Below are positions 59,910-64,000 of a stretch of 64,000 bases of DNA, one piece after another. Under the pieces are notes generated by a model that saw only the letters and a program-made list of their open reading frames with translations, did no database searches and was not told where the DNA came from. The translations under genes and the position numbers were made by a program. Position 1 is the first letter of the stretch. Each line of letters starts with the position of its first letter. This DNA is from Nitrososphaeria archaeon (GTDB lineage: Archaea; Thermoproteota; Nitrososphaeria; Conexivisphaerales; DTJL01), in assembly GCA_029775965.1 (NCBI GenBank), contig JARVJU010000010.1, forward strand, positions 1,581 to 65,580. The letters run 5' to 3'.

Positions 59910-61718
59910 GTGATGATACAGATGGAACATAGAGTGGCTGTTCTGGATAGAGATCTGTGCAACTTCAAAAAATGCCAGCATGAGTGCCAGAGATTCTGCC
60001 CACCGCAGATGATGGGAGAGAGTGTCATAGAATTTGGTGAGGATGGCTATCCTGTGATTAATGAAAATACATGCATAGGATGCTCAATCTGCGTAAAGAA
60101 GTGCCCCTTTGACGCTATCAGTATTGTAAACCTTGCTCAGGAGCTTGGTAGTGAAAAAGTTCATCAGTTCGGAATTAATACCTTTAGATTATACAGGCTG
60201 CCTGTACCTAAAAAGGGGAAAGTGGTTGGACTTGTTGGAAAGAATGGTGTGGGTAAATCAACATCGATAAACATACTATCCGGCAACCTAATTCCAAATC
60301 TAGGAAGAGTTGAATCTCCACCTGACTGGCGTGAAATACTAAAAGCGTTTCAGGGCACGGAACTGAGGGCTCACTTTGAACTTATCAGTGAAGGTAACCT
60401 CAAAAGCTCTTTAAAGCCTCAGGCCATATACTTAATACCAAAGGTATGGCAAAGTCCTGTAAGAGAGCTGATTGACAGATATGATGAGGCAGGTAGCGGG
60501 AGTGAGCTTGTTAAGCAGCTGGGTCTTTCACAATCCCTTGACAAGATGCCTTCTGAGTTGAGTGGTGGCGAGTTGCAGAGGGTAGCTGTTGCAATTGCAT
60601 CTGAAAGAGATGCTGACATATATTTCTTTGATGAACCGAGTAGCTACAACGATGTTTTCCAGAGGATGCAGGTATCGAGAGTAATCAGAGATCTTGCGAT
60701 AAAAGGTAAGAGTGTTGTCCTTGTTGAACATGACTTGACCTTCTTGGACTATGCTACGGACTATGTACATATAATATACGGTCAGCCTGCTGTATATGGT
60801 GTTGTATCCGGTATTATGACTACCTCTGAAGGAATAAACACTTTGCTTGAAGGATTAATACCAGGAGAAAATGTAAGGTTCAGAGATACCCCTGTTACTT
60901 TTGATGTTTATTCTTCATCTACAGAAGACGTAGAATCAGCCATTCTGTTACAATATAGCCAGATGGAGAAGAGATTTCGGAACTTCGAATTGAAAGTCGA
61001 TGCAGGAGTTCTGAGAGAAGGACAAGTAGTTGGTGTTCTTGGTGCTAATGCTCTAGGCAAGACAACAATGCTCAGGATCCTTGCCTCTGAGGAGAAGCCA
61101 GATGCTGGGGGTGCAATGACAAAGGCAAAGATCTCATACAAACCTCAGTACCTGAGTAGCGAGTACGAAGGTACTGTTCAGGATCTGCTAGAATTCTCTA
61201 CTGGCAGTCTATGGAATGACAATTATAATTTTCAGCAACTAATCAGACCTCTGACAGTTGATAGACTTTTGCAAAACAAGGTAAAAGAGCTGAGCGGAGG
61301 CGAGTTGCAAAAGGTAGCAGTAACAATATGCCTGCTCAGAGAAGCCGATATTTATGCCCTGGATGAACCATCAGCTTTTACTGATGTTGAAGATAGAATA
61401 GCAATGGCTAAAGCTATGCAAAGATTCATCAAGGGTAAAGGGAAGTCAGCAATAGTTATAGATCATGATATTATGCTGGTAGATATAATCTCGGATTCCC
61501 TCATAATCTTTACAGGAGAGCCCGGAGCAAAAGGATTCGCTTCATCACCCATGAGCAAGGAGAAAGGGATGAATATGTTTCTTTCCGATATAGGGATAAC
61601 CTACAGAAGAGACATACAGACAGGGAGACCTAGAGTGAATAAACCTGAAAGTAGACTCGATAGAGAACAGAAGGCAAAAGGATACTATTATTATCTTGTC
61701 AGGGAAGAAACGAAATGA
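59910..61718 (+). CDS. abce1: ABCE1 / RNase L inhibitor-type ribosome recycling ATPase
   Basis: N-terminal FeS domain (CNFKKCQHECQRFCP, CIGCSICVKKCP). Two ABC cassettes (GKNGVGKST/LSGGELQRV, GANALGKTT/LSGGELQKV). Confidence 0.95.
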   Translation: MMIQMEHRVAVLDRDLCNFKKCQHECQRFCPPQMMGESVIEFGEDGYPVINENTCIGCSICVKKCPFDAISIVNLAQELGSEKVHQFGINTFRLYRLPVPKKGKVVGLVGKNGVGKSTSINILSGNLIPNLGRVESPPDWREILKAFQGTELRAHFELISEGNLKSSLKPQAIYLIPKVWQSPVRELIDRYDEAGSGSELVKQLGLSQSLDKMPSELSGGELQRVAVAIASERDADIYFFDEPSSYNDVFQRMQVSRVIRDLAIKGKSVVLVEHDLTFLDYATDYVHIIYGQPAVYGVVSGIMTTSEGINTLLEGLIPGENVRFRDTPVTFDVYSSSTEDVESAILLQYSQMEKRFRNFELKVDAGVLREGQVVGVLGANALGKTTMLRILASEEKPDAGGAMTKAKISYKPQYLSSEYEGTVQDLLEFSTGSLWNDNYNFQQLIRPLTVDRLLQNKVKELSGGELQKVAVTICLLREADIYALDEPSAFTDVEDRIAMAKAMQRFIKGKGKSAIVIDHDIMLVDIISDSLIIFTGEPGAKGFASSPMSKEKGMNMFLSDIGITYRRDIQTGRPRVNKPESRLDREQKAKGYYYYLVREETK

Positions 61719-62545
61719 CAAGAATGCTCAAGAGTATCTCCGCTGAAATTCTCTCTCAGGATGAACTTAAGCATCTGTCTTCTGCCTTCGATGTGATAGG
61801 GGATATTGCAGTTCTCAAACTTCCCTTGGAATGGCCCTACACAAAAAAATCAAAAGTGGCTATGCTTCTGATGCAAAAGGTCAAGAGCATAAAGTCTGTA
61901 TGGAACCAAGTAGGCCCAGTTGAAGGCGAATACAGGATAAGAAGACTGGAGTATCTTGCTGGTGAAAAGCGCTCAGATACTATATACAGGGAACATGGTT
62001 GCTCCTTCCATGTAGATCTTCAGAGCGTCTATTTCTCACCACGTCTGTCATCAGAGAGACTTAGAATTGCCTCTTTGACAGAGAAAGGAGAAAAGATTTT
62101 CAACATGTTTTCTGGTGTTGGAACATTTTCTGTAGTGATAGCAAAGAAGGTTGCTGAGGTAGAAGTGTACAGCAGTGAAATCAACGAGAAGGCGTATTCT
62201 CTTATGGAACTGAATATAAGATCGAACAAGCTAATCGGCAAAGTGATACCTTTGCGGGGAGATTGCAGGGAGCACGCAGGAAAGATTCCAAAGTGCGATA
62301 GAGTACTGATGCCTTTACCAGAGAGAGCATATGAATTTCTAGGCTATGCAATAAAAGCAGCCAGGCATGGAGCAGTAATACATTACTATGAATGGGTAAA
62401 AGGGGCAGGCAAAGAAGCTATTGAAGCCAGCTGGGAACATATCAGGAAAAATTTTGATTGTTTTAAGCTGCAAGAAGCAAGAGTAGTAAGTGAAGTAGCT
62501 CCTAGGACAAGCGAGGTGGTACTAGACCTTTCTTACAGTCCTTGA
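61715..62545 (+). CDS. Met-10+/Trm5-TYW2 family tRNA methyltransferase
   Basis: FDVIGDIAVLK, VYFSPRLSSER, MFSGVGTFS (SAM motif I), and the size (276 aa) fit Trm5b/Taw2. ATGA overlap with abce1. Confidence 0.78.
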   Translation: MTRMLKSISAEILSQDELKHLSSAFDVIGDIAVLKLPLEWPYTKKSKVAMLLMQKVKSIKSVWNQVGPVEGEYRIRRLEYLAGEKRSDTIYREHGCSFHVDLQSVYFSPRLSSERLRIASLTEKGEKIFNMFSGVGTFSVVIAKKVAEVEVYSSEINEKAYSLMELNIRSNKLIGKVIPLRGDCREHAGKIPKCDRVLMPLPERAYEFLGYAIKAARHGAVIHYYEWVKGAGKEAIEASWEHIRKNFDCFKLQEARVVSEVAPRTSEVVLDLSYSP

Positions 62546-63136
62546 AGACTTTCTTACAGCTGAAGCAATCAAGGATGCAATCCTTACCGGCTCGGGATAT
62601 CTCCCTTGCAATACAAAGTCATCGAGTAATTTTTTTGCATCTTCCTTTGCTATTGAAACCAAGCGGGCGTAGACCTTTTTACCTGTTGATAAAGTGAAAG
62701 TATCCCTGCTTCCTAGCTTTTTGTACGCCTCGATCTTCTCTTGGTAAGAGCCAGGAAACCTTTTTTTAAAGACTTCTTCAAGGCCGGGCGATTCTCTGTA
62801 CGTAAGACATATCAGGGGTCTGTTAGTAGTTGAAGAAACTCTTTCAAGGTCTACTATGTTGTAATAGCTGATTATAGCTCCTGAGAGCATTATCACGTTT
62901 ATATCTCTTCTGTGGAATGACTTGTAGAGAGATATAACAGACTTTGTTGCATCGTCCCCCCCTAATGTTGCCGTTTCAAGCGATACACCATCTATCACGA
63001 GATCTTTTCTCATCACAACGCCAGCAATGGTACTTTTTTTATCCTTCGAAGGATCGAATGATTCAGCTATACCCAGTACTCTTATCCCCTTCTTAAATAC
63101 GTGGAACCTTATCTGCTCCATGGTCAAAGATATCAT
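62522..63136 (-). CDS. DUF99/UPF0215 (endonuclease V-like fold) protein
   Basis: IRVLGIAESF, IAGVVMR, GDDAT, VIMLSGAIISYYNIVD. Confidence 0.78.
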   Translation of the reverse strand: MISLTMEQIRFHVFKKGIRVLGIAESFDPSKDKKSTIAGVVMRKDLVIDGVSLETATLGGDDATKSVISLYKSFHRRDINVIMLSGAIISYYNIVDLERVSSTTNRPLICLTYRESPGLEEVFKKRFPGSYQEKIEAYKKLGSRDTFTLSTGKKVYARLVSIAKEDAKKLLDDFVLQGRYPEPVRIASLIASAVRKSSRTVRKV

Positions 63137-63623
63137 CCTGCTTTATGTTTATAGGAGCATGACGCATATATAGCATAAGTGCTCTTGCAAGCTGGATACT
63201 TTTTCTTGCCGTGTCTTCAGTAAACACTTTTGGATTGGAGTTCTTGATCTCTACCAAATATTTTATGGAACTGATATCGAAGCCAGATAGACCATATTCT
63301 TGTAACTTAATAGCTAGAGTATCTAGCGAACCTTCTCCTATATCAAAACCCATCTTATCTGAAACTGACTTCAGTAGCTTTTGTGTTGCTTTGTATGCAT
63401 AATCTGTTGCATCTTCGAAGGCACCCTTGTTAAATAGGTCAATAGCATAGGATAGCTGCATTTCTGCATCAGGGTCAGAGATACTCACATAGTATCCAGC
63501 GACAAAAGATGTTTGCGCCTTATTCTTTTTCTGCAGTCTATACAGCCCTGCTACCAAAGCTGCAAGTAAAAAGCTGGCAAAAAACCATTCAGCTAAGACG
63601 AGCAGAGACAGCAAAAACATCAC
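63093..63623 (-). CDS. N-terminally membrane-anchored helical protein, unknown function
   Basis: TM helix (LLSLLVLAEWFFASFLLAALVAGL), then a ~140-aa helical soluble part. No motif recognised. Confidence 0.45.
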   Translation of the reverse strand: MMFLLSLLVLAEWFFASFLLAALVAGLYRLQKKNKAQTSFVAGYYVSISDPDAEMQLSYAIDLFNKGAFEDATDYAYKATQKLLKSVSDKMGFDIGEGSLDTLAIKLQEYGLSGFDISSIKYLVEIKNSNPKVFTEDTARKSIQLARALMLYMRHAPINIKQDDIFDHGADKVPRI

Positions 63624-63761
63624 ACACCAAATATCATGTAGCTATATATGGCGACTCGGATAAATGCCTTCTCCTTCATCCCTTTTCCGGTGTAACTCTG
63701 AATCTTCATCGCCGCCTGCATATTTTTAGTATAGCTTTGTTTAAAGAGTTATCCAAAGTTG

Positions 63762-64000
63762 CTACTGCAACTTTTCATATTGCTTTCTTGCACCCCTATA
63801 CATCAAATAAGAAAATAAAACCATAACTACAGCTATCACAATACCTATAGCAATTAGTATTGGGTAGCTAGGTCCTGTTCCGAATACTATAGGGAAAGGC
63901 CCGATAAATATTACTCCGGCAAAGCTAGATTGTGCAGTTTGAGGCAAAGTGCCAAGCACCATTATTGCAAACCCTACGAACAGCACTATTATCCCTGCAA
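63762..64000 (-). CDS. Small membrane protein of the DUF131/TIGR00304 type, probably 5'-incomplete at the window edge
   Basis: GVIFIGPFPIVFGTGP motif. The listed start is GTG 63986, and the frame stays open to base 64000. Confidence 0.55.
   Translation of the reverse strand, partial: AGIIVLFVGFAIMVLGTLPQTAQSSFAGVIFIGPFPIVFGTGPSYPILIAIGIVIAVVMVLFSYLMYRGARKQYEKLQ

Overview
This is a dense, low-GC (about 40% by eye) archaeal chromosomal segment with roughly 70 genes. The gene set includes class I LysRS, Orc1/Cdc6, ABCE1 and NreA with a PIP-like tail. It also has a Sulfolobus/Thermoplasma-type zinc ferredoxin next to a two-subunit 2-oxoacid:ferredoxin oxidoreductase, a wHTH-riboflavin kinase fusion (RbkR type), GH15, GGT, SdhA-C-D-B and an SQR/TusA/DsrE cluster. 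This fits an aerobic or facultative Thermoplasmata-like lineage, but that is an inference; no search was run. Most of the window is core metabolism and transporters. I found no rRNA, tRNA or CRISPR array by eye. The unusual content is as follows. (1) Two decayed IS200/IS605-type tnpB relics, one of them a ~490-bp MITE-like element with 27-bp terminal inverted repeats. (2) A deletion scar that truncated a nitrilase gene and a divergent transporter gene, leaving a GC-rich island. (3) A 5'-truncated DRE-TIM synthase gene. (4) Two Cys-rich micro-ORFs absent from the ORF track (24 aa and 42 aa); the 42-aa one sits between the ferredoxin and OFOR alpha genes with a stop/start overlap. (5) A three-gene coiled-coil / SPFH-zinc-ribbon / zinc-ribbon module whose last two genes share one reading frame and are separated only by a TAG codon. 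The three-gene module is my best candidate for an uncharacterised system. All functional calls rest on motif recognition by eye in the supplied translations and in my own translations of the gaps. Nothing was verified by database search, HMM or structure prediction.
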